This document shows, one piece after another, positions 53,458 through 63,068 of a stretch of 64,000 nucleotides of DNA. The position numbers and the translations under genes are program-made. This DNA is from an uncultured Alphaproteobacteria bacterium (GTDB taxonomy: Bacteria; Pseudomonadota; Alphaproteobacteria; RF32; CAG-239). Below the pieces are notes generated by a model. It had not been told where the DNA came from. It saw nothing but the letters and a program-made list of their open reading frames with translations, and did not search any database. The DNA lies in the NCBI GenBank assembly GCA_934271195.1, contig CAKQRB010000021.1:21-64020 (forward strand), read 5' to 3'. How positions within the stretch are numbered: the first letter of the stretch is position 1; every line of letters begins with the position of its first letter.

Positions 53458-54609
53458 ATGAGCAGCAGTAAAGAAAAAAAACCGGTTGTCCTGCAGGTTT
53501 TGCCCGAAATGGAAACCGGCGGTGTTGAAGTCGGAACGGTTGAGGTCGCTTCCGAACTGCAAAAGCATGGAATCAAAAATTTTGTGGCTTCGCAGGGCGG
53601 ACGAATGGTTTATGACCTTGATAAATTGAAAGTTCCGCATTTTACCCTGCCGCTCAAAAGCAAAAATCCGTTCAAAATGCGCAAAAATGCCCGCATATTG
53701 GAAAAGATTATCCGTGATAACGGGATAAATATTGTCCATGCTCGTTCGCGTGCGCCGGCATGGAGCGCCTATTGGGCAGCCAAAAGAGCCGGCGTTAAGT
53801 TTGTTACCACTTTTCACGGCACATACGGCCTCGGCCCTTGGGGAATTAAGAAGATTTATAACAGGGTTATGACTTACGGCGAAAGGGTTATTGCCATTTC
53901 CAACCATATTAAAAATCATGTCCTGCAAAATTATAAAACCGACGAGACCAAAATCCGCCTGATTCACCGCTGTGCTGATATTGAGCGCTTTTCGCCGACC
54001 GCCGTTACGCAGGAACGCATGATTAATAAAATTAAAGAGTACAATATTGCCGATGACAAGCCCGTATTGCTGCTTCCGGGGCGCATAACCCGTTGGAAAG
54101 GCCAGCATTTGCTGATAGAAGCTCTTGCCAAAATGAAAAACCGGAATTACTATTGCATTATCACCGGAGACAGCCAGGGGCGCCAGCATTATATGGATTA
54201 TCTGGAAGAGTTGGTTCATAAATACAAACTGGAAGATCGGGTCGGCTTTTTCGGACGCTATTCCGACGTTCCGGCGCTGATGATGATAGCAAACGTTGTT
54301 TTGTCAACGGCAATCGAGCCGGAAGCCTTTGGCCGCATATCTATTGAGGGGCAGGCTATGGGCAAAATCGTTGTTGCTTCTGACATCGGCGGTACGCTTG
54401 ATACTGTGGTTGACGGCAAAACCGGCAAACTGTTCAAAAGCAATGATGCGCAGTCTCTGGCCGACGCGCTGGACTGGGCGCTTGGCCTGTCTGCTGCAGA
54501 AGCCGAAAAAATCGGCAAAGCCGGTATAGAAAATGTCCGCGCTAATTTTACCAAACAAATTATGTGCGGCAAAACAATAGAAGTTTATAAAGAAGTTTTG
54601 GGAGAGTGA
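53458..54609 (+). CDS. GT4-family (GT-B) glycosyltransferase
   Basis: Typical N-terminus with GG.E. C-terminal E-x7-E region (EPEAFGRISIEGQAMG). Confidence 0.8.
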   Translation: MSSSKEKKPVVLQVLPEMETGGVEVGTVEVASELQKHGIKNFVASQGGRMVYDLDKLKVPHFTLPLKSKNPFKMRKNARILEKIIRDNGINIVHARSRAPAWSAYWAAKRAGVKFVTTFHGTYGLGPWGIKKIYNRVMTYGERVIAISNHIKNHVLQNYKTDETKIRLIHRCADIERFSPTAVTQERMINKIKEYNIADDKPVLLLPGRITRWKGQHLLIEALAKMKNRNYYCIITGDSQGRQHYMDYLEELVHKYKLEDRVGFFGRYSDVPALMMIANVVLSTAIEPEAFGRISIEGQAMGKIVVASDIGGTLDTVVDGKTGKLFKSNDAQSLADALDWALGLSAAEAEKIGKAGIENVRANFTKQIMCGKTIEVYKEVLGE

Positions 54610-54703
54610 CGGTCATTCTCCCGCCGGAACCGCAGAATTGTCATTTGCCTGTGGTTTTGTCCGTAAATTAAATGACAAAAAAGTAATATAAGGAAATTTA
54701 AAA

Positions 54704-56635
54704 ATGGTTGCGATTAAATTGCCTGACGGCAGTATTCTTGATATGGAGAGCGGTGTCAACGGTTTTGACATTGCCAATAAAATTAGTTCTAACCTGGCCA
54801 AGGCGGCTTTAGCCATCACCGTAAACGGCACGACACAGGATTTGAGCACCCCTATCACTACCGACGCAACCGTAACAATCATTACCGGTAAAGATAAAGA
54901 GGGTCTGCACATCATCCGTCACTCCTGCTCGCACGTTATGGCACAGGCGGTTAAAGAATTGTGGAAAGACGTTCAAGTCACGATCGGACCGGCTATTGAA
55001 AATGGCTTTTATTATGACTTTTCCCGCAAAGAACCTTTTACGACTGAAGATTTTGAAAAAATCGAGGCAAAAATGCACGAAATTGTCAAACGTGATGAAA
55101 AAGTCGAACGCATTGTCATGCCGCGAGACGAAGCGATTAAATTTTTCAAAGATTTGGGTGAACATTACAAAGCCGAAATTATTGAAGACCTGCCGCAGGA
55201 CGAAGTGATTTCTCTTTATCGTCAGGGCAGCTTTACCGATCTCTGCCGCGGGCCGCACGTTCCTTCTACCGGCAAAATCGGCGATGCATTCAAACTTATG
55301 AAAGTTGCCGGCGCTTATTGGCGCGGCGATTCGAGCAAAGAAATGCTGCAGCGTATCTATGCCACGGCCTGGGCTGATAAAAAAGATTTGAAAGCTTATC
55401 TTGAAATGCTGGAAGAAGCGGCCAAACGCGATCACCGCAAACTCGGGCGTGAAATGGACTTGTTCCACTTTGAACCTGACTATGCGCCGGGGGCGGTTTT
55501 CTGGCACGATAAAGGCTATAAAATTTACCGCAAGCTGATTGAATATATGCGCAAACGTCAGGAAAATAACGGCTATATCGAAATCAGCACGCCGCGCGTT
55601 ATGGACAGATGCTTGTGGGAAACTTCCGGCCACTGGGACAAATACGGCGCTCATAACTATTCCGGCCAGACCGAGGATAAAAAATGGTTCTGTATCAAAC
55701 CGATGAACTGCCCCGGCGGTTTGCTGGTCTACAAGCAGGGGATTAAGTCTTACCGTGACCTGCCGCTGCGTGTGGCCGAGTTCGGCAAAGTCAACCGCTA
55801 CGAGGCTTCCGGTTCTTTGATGGGACTGATGCGCGTTCGCGAATTTACGCAGGACGATGCCCATATTTTCTGCACGCCGGAACAAATGGAAGAAGAATGT
55901 ATTACAACTTTGAAGCTGATACTGGATATTTATAAAGACTTTGGCTTTAATGACGTCAAGATTTATCTCTCAACCCGTCCGGACAGCATTTACCGTATCG
56001 GTTCTGACGAAATTTGGGATTTGTGCGAAAATGCACTGGCCAATGCTTTGACTTCGCATGGTTATAAATTTGAAATCAATGAAGGCGAGGGCGCATTCTA
56101 CGGTCCGAAACTTGAGTTTATTCTGAAAGACGCTATCGGCCGTGAGTGGCAGTGCGGAACAATTCAGGTTGATATGAATCTGCCGCAGCGCTTTGATATT
56201 TCTTATATCGGTGAAGACGGAGAGAAACATCAGCCGGTTATGTTGCACCGCGCCTTGTTCGGCTCAATTGAAAGATTCTTAGGTATTTTGATTGAGAACC
56301 ATGCCGGCAAACTGCCGCTGTGGCTTTCTCCGGAGCAAGTCGTTGTTGCGCCGATTGTCAGCGAATTTGACGATTATGCCGAAGAAGTCGCCGCCGCTTT
56401 GAAAAAAGCCGGCTTGAACGTGAAGACGGATCTGCGCAATGAAAAAATCAATTATAAGATTCGCGAGCACTCGGTTGCTAAAATTCCGGTCATTGCCGTT
56501 GTCGGAGCCAAAGAAAAAGAAAACCGCACGGTAACGGTTCGCCGGATTGGTTCTGACAAACAGGAAGTCATGAAACTTGATGATTTTGTGCAGACTTTGG
56601 CGCAGGAAGCGCAAATGCCGTCACAAGATAAGTAA
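54704..56635 (+). CDS. thrS: Threonine--tRNA ligase
   Basis: TGS domain, editing-site HSCSHVM, class II core, 643 aa. Confidence 0.95.
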   Translation: MVAIKLPDGSILDMESGVNGFDIANKISSNLAKAALAITVNGTTQDLSTPITTDATVTIITGKDKEGLHIIRHSCSHVMAQAVKELWKDVQVTIGPAIENGFYYDFSRKEPFTTEDFEKIEAKMHEIVKRDEKVERIVMPRDEAIKFFKDLGEHYKAEIIEDLPQDEVISLYRQGSFTDLCRGPHVPSTGKIGDAFKLMKVAGAYWRGDSSKEMLQRIYATAWADKKDLKAYLEMLEEAAKRDHRKLGREMDLFHFEPDYAPGAVFWHDKGYKIYRKLIEYMRKRQENNGYIEISTPRVMDRCLWETSGHWDKYGAHNYSGQTEDKKWFCIKPMNCPGGLLVYKQGIKSYRDLPLRVAEFGKVNRYEASGSLMGLMRVREFTQDDAHIFCTPEQMEEECITTLKLILDIYKDFGFNDVKIYLSTRPDSIYRIGSDEIWDLCENALANALTSHGYKFEINEGEGAFYGPKLEFILKDAIGREWQCGTIQVDMNLPQRFDISYIGEDGEKHQPVMLHRALFGSIERFLGILIENHAGKLPLWLSPEQVVVAPIVSEFDDYAEEVAAALKKAGLNVKTDLRNEKINYKIREHSVAKIPVIAVVGAKEKENRTVTVRRIGSDKQEVMKLDDFVQTLAQEAQMPSQDK

Positions 56636-56656
56636 TCTGTATTTCAGTATCACAAA

Positions 56657-56687
56657 AGAGCCGCTCTGAAAAGAGCGGCTCTTTTTC
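56657..56687 (+). terminator. Intrinsic terminator of thrS
   Basis: 11-bp stem AGAGCCGCTCT-GAAA-AGAGCGGCTCT followed by TTTTT. Confidence 0.85.
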
Positions 56688-56712
56688 TATAGTGATAACT
56701 GAAATATTCTTT

Positions 56713-56990
56713 TATATCCACTGTCAGAGCAACGCGGTCTCTGAGGCAGGGCACTGACAATTGCTGCCTCACCCGCCGCAAACTGCAAGTTTTTCAAGGT
56801 ACACATTTTTTCATATCCTCTGCGGGAGCAACGCAGTCTCTGAGGCAAGGCGCTGACACTTGCGGCCTCACCCGCCGCAAACTGCAAGATTTTCAAGGTA
56901 CACATTTTTTTATATCCTCTGCGGGAGCAACGCGGTCTCTGTGGCAGGACGCTGACAATTGTTGCCTCACCCGCCGGGTGTGAGGTATTA
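56713..56990. repeat. Tandem array (about 2.7 units) of a 99-bp hairpin repeat
   Basis: The unit motif ATATCC starts at 56714, 56813 and 56912. Each unit is ATATCCTCTGCGGGAGCAACGCGGTCTCTGAGGCAG-GGCGCTGACAATTG-CTGCCTCACCCGCCGCAAACTGCAAG... Confidence 0.85.
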
Positions 56991-56998
56991 TGACATCT

Positions 56999-57451
56999 CT
57001 ACCTCTTTGCGGCAAAAAAAGATTTTAGAATTTGAGAGCACTCTTCTTGCAAAAAACCGCTTTCCACAATCGGACGATGATGACAAGTCGGCTGCTGGTA
57101 AAACTTCACGCCGTTAAGAACTGCGCCGCCTTTAGTGTCTTCGGTTCCGATATACAAATGTTCAATTCTGGCAAAAGAAATAGCTGCCGCACACATGGTG
57201 CAGGGCTCAAGCGTTACATACATATCCAGCCCGCGCAAACGGTTACAGTTAAGTTTGCGGCAGGCTTTCTGAATTGCCAGAATTTCGGCGTGAGCCGTTG
57301 CATCAAGCGAATGTTGGCTTAAATTATAGGCAGAGGCAATAATTTCGCCATCTGTTGGATTAACAATCAACGCACCGACCGGAATCTCGTCTGCTGCGGC
57401 TGCCTGCCGCGCCAGTTCAAGAGCCTTGTCCATATAAAATTTGTGATTCAT
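56999..57451 (-). CDS. tadA: tRNA adenosine(34) deaminase
   Basis: HAEILAI and PCTMCAAAI motifs. ATG 57451 is preferred over TTG 57466. Confidence 0.9.
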   Translation of the reverse strand: MNHKFYMDKALELARQAAAADEIPVGALIVNPTDGEIIASAYNLSQHSLDATAHAEILAIQKACRKLNCNRLRGLDMYVTLEPCTMCAAAISFARIEHLYIGTEDTKGGAVLNGVKFYQQPTCHHRPIVESGFLQEECSQILKSFFAAKR

Positions 57452-57512
57452 CTTTGACCTTTGCAAAATTTATGTGTATTATACGGATAATATTAAAAAA
57501 GGAAAGAAAAAT

Positions 57513-58235
57513 ATGTCTGAAAGAATAGCCAAGTTTATAGCCCGTTCGGGGGTTTGTTCCCGCCGTGCCGCGGAAGATCTGATTGCTCAGAAAAGGGTAA
57601 CCGTAAATGGCGAACCCATTGAAAGCCCGGCTTTTAACGTTGAAGGAAATGAAAAAATTTTGATTGACGGCGAAAAACTTCCGGCTAAGGAAAGCAGCCG
57701 CCTTTGGCTTTATTACAAACCAACCGGTCTGGTGACAACGCATAAGGACAATCAGAATCGCCCGACTGTTTTTGACAATCTTCCGGCAGGCATGCCGCGC
57801 GTTATTTCCGTCGGCCGGCTTGATTTGAACTCCGAGGGACTTTTGCTGCTGACCAATAATGGCGAACTTTCGCGTCGTCTGGAGCTTCCGGGAAATGGCT
57901 GGGCCAGAAGATACAAGGTTAAGGTTCATGGTTTTCTTGATGAAAAAAAACTGGCTTCTCTGGCAAACGGCATTACTGTGGACGGGGTGGAATACGGTTC
58001 AATCAAAGTTGAAATTGAGAATAAAACCGGCACAAACGCCTGGCTGATTGTTTCTCTGACAGAAGGTAAAAATCGTGAAATCCGTAAGGTGATGAAGGCT
58101 GTCGGACTGGATGTCGCCCGCCTGATACGGCTTTCTTACGGACCGTTCCAGCTTGGCTCGATGAAAAAAGGCGAGGTCAGGGAAGTCTCTGGAAAAGTAT
58201 TGAAAGAACAGCTCGGCAAAGATTTTGAATTATGA
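57513..58235 (+). CDS. rluB: Pseudouridine synthase, RsuA/RluB family
   Basis: S4 domain (RIAKFIARSGVCSRR) and catalytic GRLD motif (VGRLDLNSEGLLLLTN). Start moved to ATG 57513. Confidence 0.85.
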   Translation: MSERIAKFIARSGVCSRRAAEDLIAQKRVTVNGEPIESPAFNVEGNEKILIDGEKLPAKESSRLWLYYKPTGLVTTHKDNQNRPTVFDNLPAGMPRVISVGRLDLNSEGLLLLTNNGELSRRLELPGNGWARRYKVKVHGFLDEKKLASLANGITVDGVEYGSIKVEIENKTGTNAWLIVSLTEGKNREIRKVMKAVGLDVARLIRLSYGPFQLGSMKKGEVREVSGKVLKEQLGKDFEL

Positions 58236-58777
58236 GAATCATCGCCGGCAAATATCGCGGCAAAAAATTAAAGTCGCCGCTGACTGATAAAATCCGGCCG
58301 ACTGCAGATCGGGTGCGGGAAGCTGTTTTTAATATTTTAAATGCGCGCCTGAACCAAAATTGGTCGGATTACGCTTTGCTTGAAATTTTTGCCGGTACCG
58401 GTGCTTTCGGTTTGGAGGCTTTGTCCCGCGGTGTTAAAAAAATCTGCCAGATAGATATAGATACCAGAACGGCTGCCGCGAATGCCGCATTGTTTCCTGA
58501 AGAAAAATCCCGCATAAAGCTGCTGCGTGCCGATGCCGCAAAGCTGGGAACTCCTGCTGAAAAATTCAATCTGTTGTTTATGGACGCCCCATATAATCGG
58601 GGACTGAGTGAAAAAGCTCTGGCTTCGGCTGCGAACGGCGGCTGGTTGGAGCCGGAAGCCTTGTGTCTGGTCGAAGTCGAAAAGAAAGAACAAATCAAAG
58701 TTCCCGAAAATTATGAAGTTTTGGAAGAACGGAGCTACGGTCTTGCCAAAATTTTATTTCTTAAATTCAAAGGTTAA
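58232..58777 (+). CDS. rsmD: 16S rRNA (guanine966-N2)-methyltransferase
   Basis: MRIIAGKYRGKKL, a SAM motif and the DPPY-like MDAPYN. ATGA overlap with rluB. Confidence 0.85.
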   Translation: MRIIAGKYRGKKLKSPLTDKIRPTADRVREAVFNILNARLNQNWSDYALLEIFAGTGAFGLEALSRGVKKICQIDIDTRTAAANAALFPEEKSRIKLLRADAAKLGTPAEKFNLLFMDAPYNRGLSEKALASAANGGWLEPEALCLVEVEKKEQIKVPENYEVLEERSYGLAKILFLKFKG

Positions 58778-59919
58778 AACTTTGCAACGGTAATATTTTC
58801 AATCAACAGCTTGCGGTCTTTGTAATCAACCGGCGCAATGACCGTAAGATATTTGTCTTTTGGGGAGAGCTTAAAGGCCTTGTTGCCGAGCAGGATTTTA
58901 CTGACAAACACGCCCTTGCTGTCAAGCCACTGATATTGCAACATACTGTCCATACTTTCCGCCAGTCCTTTGGAAGATGTGTCCAAATGCAGATTCGGCT
59001 CCAGCTTTTCATTAAAATAGAGACTGCCGCGACCGACCAAAGCGAGAGGTTTCCAGTTTAATGAAGCATATTTCAGGTTGATGTAGCCGCCGGCCTCCAG
59101 CCATTCGTAAATGGCGGAACGATAAGACGTGTTGCCGTGAACTTTTCCCATGACGTCCGCCTCTGCAAAAATCATGTCAATTTTATCAGACAAGGCAATT
59201 TCATACTTCTTGTCAAATCTCAAATTTCCCACCAGCAGAGAGCAGCCCCATGCCGGTACTAAACCTGTCTGGTTGGCCGGTGTTTTACGAACGGCGGAAA
59301 AAAGCATGTCGCCGATTTGCGCCGTATGCCGGACATTCACTTCTTTGGCGCTGACAATCAAATGCACAAGCTGGTCTTTTTCGTTAATGTCCATCAGAAT
59401 CAACGGATTCGGAATATCAAGGTTATATGTTTTCTGATGAAAATAAACCTTTATTTCGGGAGACAGGCGGATTGTAATTTTACGGGGATTAAAAAGATTA
59501 GCCGAAACCTCGATTTTAGGAATTTCCACCATAAAAGTCCGTTCCCGGTACAGGCTGTAAAATTGAAAATTCTGTACAGTGACCAAACTTCCCGGATAAG
59601 TCGAAGAGAAAGAAATGTTGTTGTAAGCCACATCCCATCCGGTCTCGTTGAGAGAATTCTGAATTTTGACGATTTCACTTTTGATAAGGCCTATGGCATA
59701 AGAGCGCGAAAAAAGAACCCACATCCAGATAAATGTCAGCAAAGCGGTAAACAAAAAAGTTCCGATGCCCAATTTGGAAATCTGAAAATGAAATTTCCGT
59801 TTCGGCCGGCTTTCAGTCATCTCGGTTGTGTCCGGTTTCAGCCCTTCGAAAATCGCCTTAACCTCCAAAACGTCCTCAACCGAAGCCTGCTGGCGGGTAT
59901 GTTCTTCTTTTTCTGCCAA
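58774..59919 (-). CDS. Hypothetical membrane-anchored protein (DUF2125-like?)
   Basis: 381-aa ORF with a TTG start 2 nt after the plsC stop. Single N-terminal TM helix. Confidence 0.5.
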   Translation of the reverse strand: MAEKEEHTRQQASVEDVLEVKAIFEGLKPDTTEMTESRPKRKFHFQISKLGIGTFLFTALLTFIWMWVLFSRSYAIGLIKSEIVKIQNSLNETGWDVAYNNISFSSTYPGSLVTVQNFQFYSLYRERTFMVEIPKIEVSANLFNPRKITIRLSPEIKVYFHQKTYNLDIPNPLILMDINEKDQLVHLIVSAKEVNVRHTAQIGDMLFSAVRKTPANQTGLVPAWGCSLLVGNLRFDKKYEIALSDKIDMIFAEADVMGKVHGNTSYRSAIYEWLEAGGYINLKYASLNWKPLALVGRGSLYFNEKLEPNLHLDTSSKGLAESMDSMLQYQWLDSKGVFVSKILLGNKAFKLSPKDKYLTVIAPVDYKDRKLLIENITVAKF

Positions 59920-59921
59920 GA

Positions 59922-60689
59922 TTATTTTACCTTTTTATACTTTTGAAGCAAGTCTAGCGTATAAGGATACTTTTTGAAAGCTTCCTGATTAAGTTCTTCG
60001 CATTTATTTTCAATCTTTTGTTTGAGCGTATCCATAAATTCTTTTTTCTCCAACCCCGGAGCAATCGGCGGCATAAATTCTATAATGACCTTGCCGGGAT
60101 AACGCATGAAAGAGGCTTTTTCCCAGAACAGGCCGGTATTAAGTGCAACCGGTACCACCGGCAGGCCGAGATTCTGATAAAGAAAGGCTACGCCGGGTTT
60201 GTATTGGGTAGTCGTTTCCGGCTTTGTGCGAGTTCCTTCCGGAAAAATTATAATCGGCCGGCCTTTTGCCACCCGTTTTTTAGATTCTTTCAGCATATTT
60301 TTCATGGCAGCCGAACCGGCAGAGCGGTTGACCGGAATCATGCCGTAAAAATGCGATGCCCAACCGAAGAACGGAATAAAATGCAACTCTCGCTTCAAAA
60401 TGAAAACGCCGGTTTTGATAATGGTTGTCAGATAATAAGTTTCCATCGCCGACTGATGCTTGCAGGCATAAATCACGCCGCTTTGGCTGATGTGCTCTTT
60501 CCCGCGTATTTCAATATCAAGGCCGCAGATAATCTTAAGCAGTATGCGCGATGACGGCTGCATTATGCCGTTCCAGAATTTAATGCTCAGTTTTTGCGGA
60601 AACGGAGCCAGAAAAAGAGAAATAACGGCGCCGAGCAAAATCAGCCCGTAGCAGCAGATGTTAAAAATCAAAGAACGAATAAAAAGCAT
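59922..60689 (-). CDS. plsC: 1-acyl-sn-glycerol-3-phosphate acyltransferase
   Basis: KHQSAMET (HX4D-type with Glu) and FPEGTR motifs. Confidence 0.85.
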   Translation of the reverse strand: MLFIRSLIFNICCYGLILLGAVISLFLAPFPQKLSIKFWNGIMQPSSRILLKIICGLDIEIRGKEHISQSGVIYACKHQSAMETYYLTTIIKTGVFILKRELHFIPFFGWASHFYGMIPVNRSAGSAAMKNMLKESKKRVAKGRPIIIFPEGTRTKPETTTQYKPGVAFLYQNLGLPVVPVALNTGLFWEKASFMRYPGKVIIEFMPPIAPGLEKKEFMDTLKQKIENKCEELNQEAFKKYPYTLDLLQKYKKVK

Positions 60690-61268
60690 TTAGTCCTCAC
60701 AGGTAAAAAATTTTTTGCTAAAATAAACATACAGAAATTTGTTGTATTCTGTGGCAATCAGCCAGAAACTCCCCGGATTCTTCCACCATTTTGCATGAAC
60801 TTTGTCGGAATAAACAGGACTCGGAACAATTGACACTTTCGGAGAACGATGGCGAAATTCCAGAATACTGCGCGGCAGATGATAATTAGAAGTAACCAGT
60901 CGGATGGAACGGATATTGTTTTTCTTAATCCATTCGTCGGCTTCAATGGCATTGCCGATGGTGTCTTTGGCTTCGCTTCCGGTTTGCACTTTTTGCTTTT
61001 GGCTGATTTTCAAGTCGTTAAGTTGTTCTATCTGGTTCAAAGACGTCTGTTTGGCAACTCCGGAGATAAACAATTTTTCTGCCGCGCCATCGTTCAAAAG
61101 TGCCACGGCATTGCTGATCCGGTTACGTCCGCCGGTCAGGGCAATAATAGCATCGGTCTTAATGTCGGCAGGGCTTTCATAGGAGTTAATATGATGATTA
61201 AACCACAAAAATCCGGCAAACCAGAGCAAAAGCAAACATAAAGCAGTAATAATAAAAAGTTTTCTCAT
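60690..61268 (-). CDS. DUF218 (YdcF/ElyC-like) protein
   Basis: Start moved to ATG 61268 (ATGA overlap with ftsX). N-terminal TM helix. IIALTGGRNRI motif. Confidence 0.7.
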   Translation of the reverse strand: MRKLFIITALCLLLLWFAGFLWFNHHINSYESPADIKTDAIIALTGGRNRISNAVALLNDGAAEKLFISGVAKQTSLNQIEQLNDLKISQKQKVQTGSEAKDTIGNAIEADEWIKKNNIRSIRLVTSNYHLPRSILEFRHRSPKVSIVPSPVYSDKVHAKWWKNPGSFWLIATEYNKFLYVYFSKKFFTCED

Positions 61269-62191
61269 ATCATTTTTTCTAATGTGCGTTTTACGGTATA
61301 ATAGGCGGTAAACATCGCAATCATAACGGCAAATAACGGCAATATCAAGATAGTTACCCATGATTCTGCGGATAAATGCGCGCCGCTGATAATTCCCCCC
61401 TCAATCTGCTCGGCCAAAGAGGCAATCAGAAAAATCGTCGGAATGGAAAGAGCCACGCCGATAATGCCGCCCAAAAGCGACAGCCAACCGGTTCGACGGG
61501 CATATTGCTGGGCAATATACGCATCTTTTGCACCCATGGTATGAAGAATTTCTATAATATAGCGGTGCAGCCCCAGACTGGTCTGTGTACTGTAAAAGAT
61601 TGCGCCGGACGTTACCAGAATGACCAAAAACAAAATGCTCAGAGCCAGCATTTTCAAACCATCGGCAAAACGAATAAGCTTGTTGAGCCAAAGTTTGTGG
61701 TTGTCAACTGAAGCCAGTGGTGAAACCTGAGCCAGATTCTCTGCCAACAAGCCAAAATCCAGCGTTTCTCCTTTTTTGATTTTTACGTCAATCAGTCTTG
61801 GCACCGGCAAACTTCCGATTTCAATGCCGTCTCCAAGCCACGGTTGAATAAGCTTTTGCAGTTGCTCGTCTGACAAGGGCGTGACTTTTTCAATCTCTGC
61901 CACCGATTCCAGATATTGCACGACCTTGTTCTGGTTCTCCATCGTATCGGCCAGAGCCTTGCTGCGATCGCTGTCATTAACCGGCATAATCTGAATGGTC
62001 AGCGAGCCGAGAATACTGTCATTCCAGTTTCTGAGCATGGAATTGATGGAAAGCACGCCGGCCAGCGTAATGGCAAAAATAAAAACGGAAATAGAAATCA
62101 TAATCTGCAAAAACAGGTTAGAACTGTCATTGTTCAAAGGCAGTTCCTGCTTGCGCGAAATAAAATCAGCCGCAGTGTTATTGCTCATCAA
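61265..62191 (-). CDS. ftsX: Cell division permease FtsX
   Basis: Four-TM FtsX topology, downstream of and overlapping ftsE. Confidence 0.85.
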   Translation of the reverse strand: MMSNNTAADFISRKQELPLNNDSSNLFLQIMISISVFIFAITLAGVLSINSMLRNWNDSILGSLTIQIMPVNDSDRSKALADTMENQNKVVQYLESVAEIEKVTPLSDEQLQKLIQPWLGDGIEIGSLPVPRLIDVKIKKGETLDFGLLAENLAQVSPLASVDNHKLWLNKLIRFADGLKMLALSILFLVILVTSGAIFYSTQTSLGLHRYIIEILHTMGAKDAYIAQQYARRTGWLSLLGGIIGVALSIPTIFLIASLAEQIEGGIISGAHLSAESWVTILILPLFAVMIAMFTAYYTVKRTLEKMI

Positions 62192-62934
62192 ATGCCTCCT
62201 TTTCCGGTTTTGTTGCCAATGTTGATACCGGTAAAATCGTAAGGCTCATAAACGCTGAGCCCGTGGTTTTGCAAATGCAGGCGCGGAAAGGCAAAATCGG
62301 TAATCAGCTTTTCGCTGTGGGTTGCAATCACAACAGTTGTGCCGAGTTTGTTAAGCTCGACGAACAGCTTCATGAGCTTTGGTGCAATGTCGTTGTCCAC
62401 GTTTCCTGTTGGCTCGTCGGCCAGCAGCAGGTCAGGGCGGTTGATAACGGCGCGGGCAATGGCAGTGCGCTGTTTTTCTCCGCCGGAAAGTGTGGATGTT
62501 TTGGCATACATATTACGGTCAAGTTCAACCCATTGCAAAAGTTCTGTCACTCTTTTTTTGACTTCCCGTTCGTTCATGCCGCAGATTCTCAGAGGCAGAG
62601 CCACGTTGTCAAAGGCCGAAAGGTGTTCCAGCAGGCGAAAGTCTTGAAATACGACACCGATTTTGCGCCGCAGCAAAGAAAGGTTGTCGCGGTTTGTAAA
62701 GTTGATATTCTTGCCAAAAACTTGCACTATGCCGCGGCTGGGTTTTTGTGTCAGGTACATCATGCTGAGCAAAGACGTTTTTCCGGCGCCGCTGCGTCCG
62801 GTCAGAAAGTGAAAAGACCCTTTCTTCAGGCTCAGAGAAATGTCGCTCAAAATCTCCGGCCCCTGACCGTAACGGATTCCCACATTCTGCATGACAATAA
62901 TTGCATTATTGCTCTTGGTTTCGTTTTTTTGCAA
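62188..62934 (-). CDS. ftsE: Cell division ATP-binding protein FtsE
   Basis: Walker A GRSGAGKTS, signature LSGGEKQR, Walker B LLLADEPTG. Confidence 0.9.
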   Translation of the reverse strand: MQKNETKSNNAIIVMQNVGIRYGQGPEILSDISLSLKKGSFHFLTGRSGAGKTSLLSMMYLTQKPSRGIVQVFGKNINFTNRDNLSLLRRKIGVVFQDFRLLEHLSAFDNVALPLRICGMNEREVKKRVTELLQWVELDRNMYAKTSTLSGGEKQRTAIARAVINRPDLLLADEPTGNVDNDIAPKLMKLFVELNKLGTTVVIATHSEKLITDFAFPRLHLQNHGLSVYEPYDFTGINIGNKTGKGGI

Positions 62935-63068
62935 TTTTTGCCCTCCTTGAAACTAAAATATTTTCTCTAAGATATAGCAATAAATCATTTAATAAAATAT
63001 TTTTTTTCTTTGATTAAATGCTTTTTGTGCAATAAGGTACAATATAAAGGAAAAAAGGTAAAAAACAA

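Noticed and set aside
56713-56990. The tandem repeats as a CRISPR array.
   Set aside because: The units are directly adjacent 99-bp repeats without unique spacers, the repeat length is far above the CRISPR range, and there are no cas genes.
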